Position numbers and translations under genes: made by a program. Below are positions 51,352-62,130 of a stretch of DNA of 64,000 nt, piece after piece; position 1 is the first letter of the stretch, and the number at the start of each line of letters is the position of its first letter. Source of the stretch: Octopus vulgaris (taxonomy: Eukaryota); assembly GCA_951406725.2 (NCBI GenBank), contig OX597825.1, positions 75,950,001 through 76,014,000 on the forward strand. The letters are read 5' to 3'. The notes below the pieces were generated by a model. The model saw only the letters and a program-made list of their open reading frames with translations, searched no databases and was not told the origin of the DNA.

Positions 51352-51984
51352 ATGTGTGTATATATTAATAAGCAAGTTAAACTTGGCAGACTGCTACTAC
51401 TGTTGCTGCTCATGATGATAATTACCATTATTGTTATTGATCTTCAAAAATGAATTTTCATTTCATCAATGCCTCTACAAATAAGGTAGATCTAGATGAC
51501 CATCAAATGTATTTCATCATTGTCATCATTTAACATTCTTGTGCCACAAATTAGATGGTTTGAGAGAATCTGACTAACCTGAGGAATATGTTGGACTACA
51601 ACATCTGCTTTGGCATGAATAGCACAGCTGGATACCTTTCCTAATGGTCACCACTGTACAAAGTGTACTAGGTGCTTTTTCTGTAGCACCAGCATTAGTG
51701 AGGTCACCAAGTAACTCATTAGACAAGACACTCCTTACGTAAACAGAGTTGGGGTGCAATATTGAGGGAGGTGACTTTGTGCCAGGTGCAAGAAGGCTGA
51801 AGTAGGAATATCTCCAAATGTAAACCGGGAAAAAGAATTCATTTTGTTTATGCAATAAAAGAACAAAAAACAATTTCCATTTTAAAATCTTTTTTTTATT
51901 TATTTGTTCTATATATAAAATGTCTTCAGTGAATATTGCTAAACTTCCATACATTTAAATTTTCTATCTTTTACTTTTTTTCAG

Positions 51985-52115
51985 CTGAGCCTTTACCTCT
52001 TATGGATATCTGTCGACGGGTTATTCGTCAACAACTCAACAAGAACAGACTGCATGAAATCCACAAGCTTCCACTTCCTCGATCATTGAAAAGTTATCTA
52101 CTTTATCAGTCCTAG
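51985..52115 (+). CDS. gus: Terminal coding exon (SOCS box) of a SPRY/SOCS-box protein, gustavus / SPSB1/SPSB4-like
   Basis: Strong acceptor tttctatcttttactttttttcag|CT at 51961-51984. The phase-1 exon translates by hand to (P)EPLPLMDICRRVIRQQLNKNRLHEIHKLPLPRSLKSYLLYQS* with TAG at 52113-52115. This closely matches the SPSB1/Gustavus C-terminus (PEPLPLMDLCRR...LPLPxSLKxYLLYQ), including the BC box and the LPLP Cul5 box. The upstream SPRY exon is not visible in the window. Confidence 0.93.
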
Positions 52116-52977
52116 CTGATTATGGCTGGAATACGGCTCTCACAGACGATGTCAGCGACGACGACAGCGTGGCGTTATCGGCGGCGTCCTCCTTCTCCTC
52201 CTTGGAACTTATCTCATGTTCATATGTACAGCATCAAAGTCTGGCTTTAAGCATATAGCCTAAAATTATCGCTCAACCTTGACATCGGAATCCAATAAAA
52301 AAAAAAATAAACCAAAAAAAAAAAAACAAACAAACAAACTATACAGCATCTATGTCCCATTGAAGAAAAAGTCAGACAAAAACAAAATGTTACCTTTTGT
52401 ACCGAAAATGCTTTTGGTAGCTTGGATATGTCTGGAGAGGTGCCAGAGATTCAGTCCTCCTAGAACTTGGCTGGTTGTCTTCTTTTTTTTTTTAATTCTA
52501 ATTTTTTTTTTCGATTTTTATTTAAGGGTTATTTGATAAGAGCAGTCTATTTTGATAAGAGGAAACAGATGAAAAAACAAAAAAGATTCCTATCTCTTGG
52601 GGATGATCTGGGAATCGGTCCAGTGTTGTTTTGGAATGACAAAATTTTAAAACTCCCTTCCCCCCTCCCCCTACCATCTAATAATGAAAATGCAATGACA
52701 TTTTGAAATGTGAATGTCTCTTTGAAGAAAAAAAGTAAAAGATAAAAAGAAAGAAAAAGAAAAACAAAATTGGTTCAATGTGTCTCGATTCTTCTCTCAC
52801 TGTTTTTCAGTCACACACACACACAATTCATACATTGGAACGATATATTTTATTGTTACATATGCATGCATGTATGTATGTTTGTATGCATGTATGTATG
52901 TATGTATATGCGTATATGTGTAGGTATGTATGTATGTATATATATATATATATATATATCTGTGGGTGTGTATGTAT

Positions 52978-53026
<49 letters not shown>

Positions 53027-54036
53027 GTCCTGCAGACATCTACCAGAAGCAGAACATGGACACATCATCACCTTTATATCGTGGAGTCCCTGGGAGTTTT
53101 GGGTCTTACAGCAGAAACCCCTCATTCAGACGAGGGTGTTACACACAGACACACACACACACGTGCGTGTGTGTGTGTGTGCGTTTCAAAGAATGACCTT
53201 TTAAATATTTTCCTGTATAGAAAGTATTAAAGAGTATCTTAATCAAGAAATACTTATATATATTATATATATATATTTCTTAAACTGGAACAGTCTGGGA
53301 GAGATGTGTGAAGCAGAGTAGGTCAAAAGAGAAAAAAGAAAAACAAAATAGAATGAGAGGGGAATTTTCTTTTGTGCATTATCTTTTCTTTTTCTCTGTA
53401 AAGACACTGTGGCCATTTAATTAGGTAAATCCTTGCTACAGTCTGAAGCCAATGTTTTAATGCTGCCTTCTTTTTTTTTTTTTTTATTTGCCATCTATCT
53501 CACCACCATTCCATAGTGTGTCTTTTATGGTATTGCCCTAGTAGTTGCTCACTCTTATGACCGATCCAAAGTGCATTTATAGGGTTTGTGTCTTTTTACT
53601 TTTCTTTTTCTTTTTTTTTTTCAGAGGGGTAAAAGAACTGCAATAAAGTCAAATCTATTGCTTAGTTATCTTTTTTTTTTTAAATTTTATTTAATTATGT
53701 TTGTTGATTTTTTTTTAAATTCTTCTTTTTTTTTTCCCCATTATAAAGTCAAATTTCATCATCTGGGAATGTCAAAAGTATGTGTGAATGCATAAGTGTA
53801 TGTACAGATTATCTATGGACATTGCATTATGAATTCTTGCTGAAAAGTTTCATAGAATTCTTAAGCAAAATTGTTGCATTCCTTAAAATGTCTTCTCTTT
53901 CTCTCAATATATATGTGTATATTTGTAAGTATATATGCGTGTGTGATACATATACTGCATTTGAAGCTATCAGTGTTAGCTCATCAGTTTTAGCATTTTT
54001 ATCTGTTTCACATCTCTTCTATCACCTGCCTCCATC

Positions 54037-54078
<42 letters not shown>

Positions 54079-55641
54079 GTTAGCACGCTGGGTGAAATGC
54101 TTGACGGTATTTTGTCCATCTTCACATTCTCAGTTGAAATTCCGCTGAGGTTGACTTTGCCTTTCATCCTTTCAGAATTGATAAAATAATGTATCAGTCA
54201 AGTACTGGGGTCGATGCAGTTAACCCACCCCTTCCCTAAAATTGCTGGCCTTTTGCGAAGCTTTGAAATCTTTTAAAGCAGCATGCTAGTGGAATCATTT
54301 AGTACACCAGATGAAATGTTCAGCAACATTTCTTCTGACTTTATGTTCTGAGTTTAAATGCCACTAAGGTTGACTTTGCCTTTCATTCTTTCTGGATCAG
54401 TGAAATAAGTACCAGTTGAGCACTTGGGGTTGATGTACTCGATTAGCCCCTCCCCCACACATTTCAGGCCTTGAACTTATAGAAGACAGAATTAATGTTA
54501 TTTCTATTCATCTAAAACTGTCTTATCTGTTGCTGAATTATTTATGTTTAAATTTACGTTCAAATTAAGTCTTAATTTATTGCTTTTTCTATCTTAAATT
54601 CTATTTTAAATTATCAATGTTCATCCTGTAAGAATGTCCATTGTCCAAACTATTTTGAAAATATTTTGTTAAACTTCGTTTTTGCTTGTATTATGTTGAT
54701 TCCTAAAAACTGAAACGCCATGTATATTTCAATTTTTTAAAAAATATTTTATACGATGTTGTTTTCGTTGTTGTGGCAGTCATTTTAAAGTTGTTTTTTT
54801 TGCCCCGCCTCAGTGCTATCATTTTTTTTTTCATTTTTAATCTTAATTTTCTGATATTTCTCAAGTTTTGGTATTAACTATCCTTGGTTTGGGAGGTTAA
54901 GAAGAAACTAAAGGGAAAGGGTTGGTATCTTTGTGTTTTAAAAATATTTTTTTAACAAGAAATGTCTTTATTGATATTGAAATAATATCAAAACACTCAG
55001 AAATGTATAATATTATTTTCTTTGTGTGTATCGTTTGCTGGAATCAATAATAATCGTTAGGAGGACCAAGGAGACTTTAGGATAGCACCCACTCGCCCCA
55101 CCTTACCCTGCAACCCTAAGTTTTGTGCTTTTTTTTTTGTTTTTTGTTTTCCCATTCTTAACCTTTTAATTTTCATTTTTACATTGTTTCATTAATATGT
55201 GTTTTATGTTTGGAATTTAAAAGCAATTTTCTTTTTTTCTTCTTTCCTTTTAATTATAATTTTTGATAAGATATTGAATTTCATTGATGGTGACAAATCT
55301 AATAGTATGTGTGTATGTGTGTTATTGCATGTTTCTGTGTGTGTATTAATACTTCTACAACTGCAGCTAAACAAAACCCTTTAGTTTCTTGAATATTTCT
55401 CAATCATAGAGGATGCATTCACATTTCAAAAAAAAAAAAAAGAAAAGAAAAAGAAAAATGAAGGAAAGAAAATAAGACACAAGAAAAAAATTAATTTTCA
55501 ATTATTATTTTTTTTTTTTCCATGGAAGAAGAGGCAAAATTGAAAGGAATTTTATTAAAGTTATGCAGGGAATCATTGCTTCGATCAAATTTTCTGTATT
55601 ATCTTAACAAAACTCCTCCTGTAATAAACGTCATATGTATG

Positions 55642-55650
<9 letters not shown>
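52116..55650 (+). other. Putative long 3' UTR of gus/SPSB
   Basis: T-rich, relatively TE-poor sequence after the stop, with AATAAA hexamers at 52294, 53642 and 55623. TE density rises again after about 56020. The end point is inferred. Confidence 0.5.
54078..54495 (+). mobile_element. Two tandem Meta-like SINEs within the putative 3' UTR
   Basis: Two gttgactttgcctttcat..cttt units following the (TTA)n tract at 54038-54078. Confidence 0.8.
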
Positions 55651-55685
<35 letters not shown>

Positions 55686-55701
55686 TGTGTGCATGTATAT
55701 G

Positions 55702-55739
<38 letters not shown>

Positions 55740-56024
55740 GTTAAAACTGACCCAGAAGATTGCCTGTCAAATAAAAGAGCTTCGAGTTTGCCACTCTACG
55801 GATATCTCTCAACTAGCCAAGAATGATGATGATTTCTTTATAAACAGCTGAAAGATATGTCTGAACTTTTTAGAAAGAAAGTAATTTATTATATCCCTTT
55901 CAAAAATAAATTTTGTTTTACCTTGTTCAAGTTAAAATTTCACAGTTGTCTTCTTTTTATATATAAATATATGTCACTGATTTATTGCAAGCCATTGTGT
56001 ATGTATGTGATATATATATATATG

Positions 56025-57265
56025 TCATCATTGATTAACGTCCATTTTCTATGCTGGCAGGGGTTGGACAGTTTGACTGAGGTCTGGAGAGCCAGTGGCC
56101 GCACCAGGCTCCAATCTGGTCTGGCAGAGTTTCTACAGCTGGATATCCTTCCTAACGCCAACCATTCCGAGAGTGTAGTGGATGCTTTTTACATGCCACT
56201 GGCACAGGAGCCAGTAAGGTGGACCTGGCAATGCTCACATTTGGACGGTGCTTCTTACATGCCACCGGCACAGGAGCTAGTCAGCAGGTACTAGCATCAG
56301 TCATGACTGGTTGGTGCTTTTTACGTGCCACTGGCACCATGACCAGTAAGGTGGGCCTGGCAACAAACCCATTTGGTTGGTGCTTTTTACATGCCACCAG
56401 CACAGGAGCCAGTGAGTTGGACCTGGCATCAACCACGTTCAGATGATGCCTTTTATGTGCCATTGGCATGGGAGCCAGTTAGGAGGCACTGGCTCCAGCT
56501 ATGATATTGGTTTTACTAGACTCAACAGGTCTTCTGAAGTATATCATATTGCCCGATGCATCATGAGTATTCTTAACAGAGCTGGATGTGCGTGGCTGCG
56601 ATCTCAACTTTGGTTGCCAGGTCTTTTCAGTCACAGCATATCTCGAAGGTCCCAGTCTCCTGTCATTGCCTCTGTGAGGCCCAATGTTCGAAGGTCATGC
56701 TTCACCACCTCATCCCATGTCTTTCTGGGTCTACCTTTTCCACAGGTTCCTTCTACAGCTAAGGAGTGACACTTCCTCACACAGCTGTCATCATTCATAC
56801 ATAACACATAGCCATACCAGCGTAGTCGCCTCTTTTGCATACCACATTTGATGCTTCTTATGCCCAACTCTTCTCTCAGGGTGCTTACATTCTGTCATGT
56901 ATGCACACTGACATTACACATCCAGCGAATCATACTAGCTCCATTTCTTTCAAGCCTACGCATGTCCTCAGCATTCATGGCCCATGTTTCACTGATGTGT
57001 AACATGGTAGTTCACACACATGCATCATACAGTCTACCTTTCTCCTTAAGAGAGAGGCCCTTAGTTGCCAGCAGAGGTAGGAGCTCCCTGAACTTTGCCC
57101 AAGCTATTCTTATTCTAGTCGCTACACTCTCAGAGCAACCACCCTGCAACAGACTTGATTGCCTAGGTAGCAGAAGCTATTAACTACTAGTTTCTTCCCC
57201 TAGTATGTGATGGAATCTGTTTTCTGTACATCTTCAGTGTTTATTGCCCAACTACATCTGCCACG
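56025..57265 (-). mobile_element. 5'-truncated RTE LINE relic with tandemly amplified 3'-UTR unit
   Basis: MQKRRLRWYGYVLCMNDDSCVRKCHSLAVEGTCGKGRPRKTWDEVVKHDLRTL; colinear with 24160-25270. Five to six units of about 55 bp at 56180-56490. Confidence 0.92.
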
Positions 57266-57649
57266 TACACATACATACAATACTACAATTGTTTTCATAT
57301 TGAAATTTTTAGTAACTCTATCACACATACACACATACATATACATGATGTCCAATCCAAGCCAGTGTGGAACATAAACATTAGATGATCATAATCACAC
57401 ACAAACACACACAATATTGGATGTTCAAGTTCAATTTGATAATTTTTTTTATATCACCTTTTTTCAGAAGCCACTGAATGGTAAACAGTCAATGACATTG
57501 GAGATCATACAGATTTAAGATGTAGTTAAGAAAAACTGAGCTGACATGGAGAACTGGAATCCATTTGAATATTAGAAAAGAGTTACCTGAGTCATAGTGA
57601 TGATTCATGCCAGGTGTCAGTATTTCAACATCATAACTGCTGTTCATTC

Positions 57650-58560
57650 CTCTGTGAACACTGTAACAGCTGTAAGACATGACATGGACGTCTGCAAGGA
57701 AGACAGTGAAGTCAAGTCCAGAAGGTGTTCTGTGTCCACAGGCCAGAATTCATCCAACAACTGCAGGACAAGGTGATTGAAGATCCAAGTAATGGAATCC
57801 AACCTTTGATGAGAGAAATGGGTGAAGCTGGCCCTGAATGAGGACCTTCACTACTTTTCATGCAAGAGGTACAAGGGACAAATTCTGACAGCCAAGGCCA
57901 AGGATCACCACTTGAAAGTAAAGAAGCTCCTGTAGAAGCAAAGGTTTATTTTTAAGCTGGGAAGGATTTGGTTCTTCTCAGGTGAAAACAATTTCTGAGT
58001 GTTGTACAACACCCAGATCAAGAGGTGACTTACCTACAATCCCTGTGATGTTCAATGCATCATGAAAATCAAGTTCTTTCAAACTGTGATGGTCTTTGGG
58101 TGTGTCTCCGGTGAGGTGATATCATGCTTCCCCACATCTTTGAACAGGACCTTAGGCTCTATTTAGGTGGTGATGTGAAGCTGCTCGAGTCAGAAGTCAA
58201 ACCTTGGCTGGAGAGGATTGTTGCTGGAGGGCCATATGTGTGATAGCAAGATTTGGTTCCTTGCTGTATCTCTGGAAAGTGTTAGTGTTTGTCAGAGAAT
58301 TTCTATGACTTTCAGCCCCAATTTCTGGCCTCCTAATTCCCTAGATTGTAATCCCATGGATTACTATGTGTGGGTCCTTGTTGAGAGAGATACTAACTGC
58401 TCTGTTTGCAACACCAAGGCCGAGCTAGTGGCCAAGATCAAGGAGGTATTTGAAGATCTTCCCAGGGACACAGTGAGGAATGCATGTGCCAGGAAGGTCC
58501 CAGAGCTATCTTGAGATTGTGTTGGAAGCTGAGAGTGGCTTGTTTGAGTAAACTGTTTTA
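57650..58560 (+). mobile_element. Second decayed DD37D/maT-like transposase (different subfamily)
   Basis: WFFSGE, TVMVFGCVSGE, VKPWLERIVAGGPYV**QD, FWPPNSLDCNPMDYYVWVLVERDTN...NTKAELVAKIKEVFEDLPRDTVRNAC; TIRs not resolved. Confidence 0.82.
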
Positions 58561-59338
58561 TCCCAGCCATAATCTGGTTGAAATTTTTTGATTCTTTAAA
58601 AAATTTGTGGATGGAATATTGTTTTCTTTTTATGCAAACTAAAATTTAGCCCAAACAGTCTATCTGTCTGTGTGTGTGTGTGTGTGTATCATATTCTGTT
58701 AATTAGCAAATTGGTGGGATCAACCGAGAAAGTTCTCCATCCTGCAGAGATGAATATTATTTAATAGACACAGGATTTACAGTTGAGTTATGTTTTGTGT
58801 TTTTGATAGTACACAATGTGCTATACAGGCTCACTTGAATGTAGTAATGCTATTATAAGCATGACATTTATGTTTTAAATACTATGTATATTAAATGATA
58901 CATGTGTATATGTAGTGTACATGCATTATGGCTGGAATGAACCAGGGAAAGATTAAATATCAAAATAAGGCCAAAGAATTAACATAAATCACCAGATAAA
59001 ATTAAGATATTGGATAGCCACATGGTTAAGTAGTTTGCATTACAATCAGTTCAGTCTCACTCTGCTGCACTTTCAGTGTCTTCGACTTTAGCTCCAGCTT
59101 GACCAAAGCCATATGAGAGATTTTGGTAGTAATTACAGGAAGTATACATGTGTATATGCGCGCACACACACACACATCTGAGAGAGTTGAGAGAGAGGAA
59201 TAGGCATTTAGTTAAGAAGTTTGCTTTACCACCACATGCTTTTGGATTCGGCCCCACTGCATCTACTGGTGTCAATTACTGTCACCTTGAGCCATCCAAT
59301 GCCTTATGAGTGAAAATGGCAGACAGAAATTATATTAA

Positions 59339-59559
59339 CCCTTTAGCATTCAGGTTATTCTGTCAAATCTAATGCTTATTTATTCACATTGTTTTGAATT
59401 AATCCTGCATCGTCTCATACATTCAAGATTTCAATAATGTGATTGCTTGTTTTTCAGAATCACATTGTGGGATAGGTATGAAAGGTTGGATCTGGCCAAT
59501 TTGGGCATAAAACAAGTAGAATATTTGGGCCGGATATGGCCGGTTTGAATGCTAAAGTG
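59339..59559. mobile_element. piggyBac-like MITE (opposite orientation to 11681-11899)
   Basis: TTAA|CCCTTTAGCATTCA ... TGAATGCTAAAGTG|TTAA. Confidence 0.82.
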
Positions 59560-60582
59560 TTAAAATCTGTGTGTGTATGTACATATATATATTATTACTT
59601 GTCACTGAGATCAAAGTGATGCTGATGTTCCTATTGATATGACAAGTCAATCGGTGCTTTCTGTGACTTGTGTAATTTTAAAAAGTCCTTTACCTGAAAA
59701 ATAGGTGAGTGTTAGTGACTGGAAGAGCATCTGGCCATAAAATCCAACTCCCCATCTAATCCATTTTAGTATGGAAAAAAGCAAATGAACGTGTGTGTGT
59801 GTGTCTTGCATCATTTATTCGTTTCAATCGTTGGATTGCAGTCATGCTGGATTACCACCTTGAAGAGTTTAGTTGAACAAGTTAATCCTAGTTCTTACTT
59901 TTAAGCTTGGTACTTGTTCTATCAGTCTCTTTTGTTTTGCTAAACTGCTAAGTTACAGGAACATAAACAAACAAACCCCAGTTGTCAAGCAGTGGTGAGG
60001 GGGATTAACACACACACACACACACATTTTATGGGCTACTTTCAGCTTTGGCTACATTCATAGTAGAGGCCACTTGCCCAAGGTACCATTCAGTGGGATT
60101 GAACCTAAAACTTTGTGGTTGGGAAGCAAGCTTCTTGCCACACAGCTATGCCTGCACCTATAATATATACATGTATGTATATAATATAAACACCCTGGAA
60201 GTTAGATATATGTTTGTGTATGCACACATTTACAAACATCAATATCTCAGTATATCATCAATGTTTATTTGTTGCTACCAATTCTATATTCTGTTTCCTG
60301 GAACAAATTCCCACCCATTCCCAACTACCTAAGGAAATAACCCTTTTCTCACTCAATAAAAGTTTCTTTCCCCTCAACTGCATATACAATATTTATCCAT
60401 AATGCTGTCTCAACATGTTGGATTTGGGTTTGCTAACAATATTGATACACACATTAGTTAGATTTTAATAGCCTTCCTGATGATAATTTTACAAAATCTC
60501 TCATTCTCTCTTCTCTTCTCTCACTGTATTATGGTTTTGCTAAGGAAGCCGTTGAACAATTAAGATCAGTTGTTTTCACTAG

Positions 60583-60940
60583 TGTGGCCGATGCCAGCAC
60601 CGCCTAGACAGGCTTCTGTGCCGGTGGCACGTAAAAAGCACTATTCGAATCGTGGCCGATGCCAGCGCCGCCTTGACTGGCTTCCGTGCCGGTGGCACAT
60701 AAAATGCACCAATCCGATCATGGCCGTTGCCAGCCTCGCCTGGCACCTGTGCAGGTGGCACGTAAAAAGCACCCACTACACTCACATAGCTGGTTGGCGT
60801 TAGGAAGGGCATCCAGCTGTAGAAACACTGCCAGATCAGACTGGAGCCTGGTGCAGCCTTCTGGCTTCCCAGATCACCGGTCGAACCGTCCAACCCATGC
60901 TAGCATGGAGAACGGACGTTAAACGATGATGATGATGATG
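60583..60940 (+). mobile_element. Young RTE 3'-tail retroposon with three to four tandem units
   Basis: Repeated gtggccgatgccagc...gtgccggtggcacgtaaaaagcac units, then the standard tail and (GAT)n; CpG-rich. Confidence 0.88.
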
Positions 60941-61552
60941 ACCAACACCTCTCTCACTGTAATCAATTCTATCTACATAGTATTCAGTTCTGATTCTTAA
61001 ATAAATCAAGAGGAAGAGACAGAGATAGCAGCTTCTGTTTATCTCAGTTTTATTTACCTGCTTGATTACCACTTTGGTAATAATGTACATAGTGCAATGG
61101 ACAGTGGTTTGGTTAATGCCTGAACTATACCTTAACACTATTCATTGTTGTTTTCCACAAAGCAGCTGCAAAGTGTCAATCCTGGGGTAAACTGTTATCA
61201 CTGAATCTGTGAAGGGAAACAAATTTCTTTGACTTTTCATGGCTTTGTGGTTGAGAAGCTTGCTTCCCAACCATGTGGTGTTGAGTTCAGTCTCACCATG
61301 TAGCACCTTGGGCATGTGTCTTCTACTATATCCTGGGGCCAACCTAAGCTTTGTGAGTGGATTTGGTTGATAGAAACTGTAAAAAGTCCTGTGTGTATAT
61401 GTCTGTGTTTGTCGCCCACCACCTGAAGAAGTCATAAAGGTGTCATAATATACAACATAGCATTGATCAGGCATTTTAAACCTGGTGGAATTTATCCTTA
61501 ATGTCTGAGGGAAACCAGTTTCATCGAAATAAAGAGTGTGTACTAACTGCGT

Positions 61553-61780
61553 TAGGGAAAGCCTGTGGCTTAGTGGTTAGAGTGTTCGGCTTGTGATCAT
61601 AAGATTATGGTTTCAATTCCTGGACCGTGCAATGCATTGTATTCTTGAGTAAAACACTTCATTTTTATATTGCTGGCAAAAATTAATAATCCTGCAACGG
61701 ACTGGCGTCCTGTCTAGGTGGGAAATCTATACACCATGAAAACCAGGAAACTGGCCCTATGACTCAGGAAGGAACTAACG
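61553..61780 (+). mobile_element. Third tRNA-derived SINE family
   Basis: Clear A box (tggcttagtggttagagtg) and B-box-like (ggtttcaattcc) head, followed by tgtattcttgagtaaaacacttcat; an inverted relative lies near 7390-7460. Confidence 0.7.
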
Positions 61781-61789
61781 GCATCAACT

Positions 61790-62130
61790 GCAGATGAATA
61801 CCATCAACCATTTGTCTCCAGAATTACTTCTCTTGCATTGCGCTTGGTATGTTACTCCTCAGTAAACCAATATCTTCAACCAGACGGCCAATAAATGTTC
61901 TGACAGGACAAAACCCAAGACGCCTTCTGTGTGTGTTGGTTTCTACTTCAGCATTTGTCTCACTATTTGATCCTTATTATGAAGAGTGTCCACAGATTCT
62001 CTATTTTCTTTGCTTTATGGTGGAAGCAACTCTTGGGAGATTACCATAATGTACCCTGGTTTGTTGCATGGGACTGCCATTTGATGTTAATCTTAGATGT
62101 CCTGTGTATGTTGCATTTGGATTTCTTTCC
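61790..62130 (-). mobile_element. Relic of a second RTE-like LINE family (ORF C-terminus)
   Basis: Minus frames give ATYT..LR..NIKWQSHATNQ..YGNLPRVASTIKQRK*RICGH...PVRTFIGRLVEDIGL...AMQEK*FWRQMV, typical RTE C-terminal motifs. Confidence 0.7.

Larger units (their letters stand above)
1..51984 (+). other. 3' part of a very large last intron of the gus/SPSB gene
   Basis: No SPRY-domain coding sequence or other convincing host exon upstream of the SOCS exon; the region is mostly TE relics and simple repeats. Small unrecognised exons cannot be excluded. Confidence 0.7.

Noticed and set aside
61553-61630. tRNA gene
   Set aside because: A/B boxes are present, but no convincing cloverleaf, and it continues into SINE body sequence.
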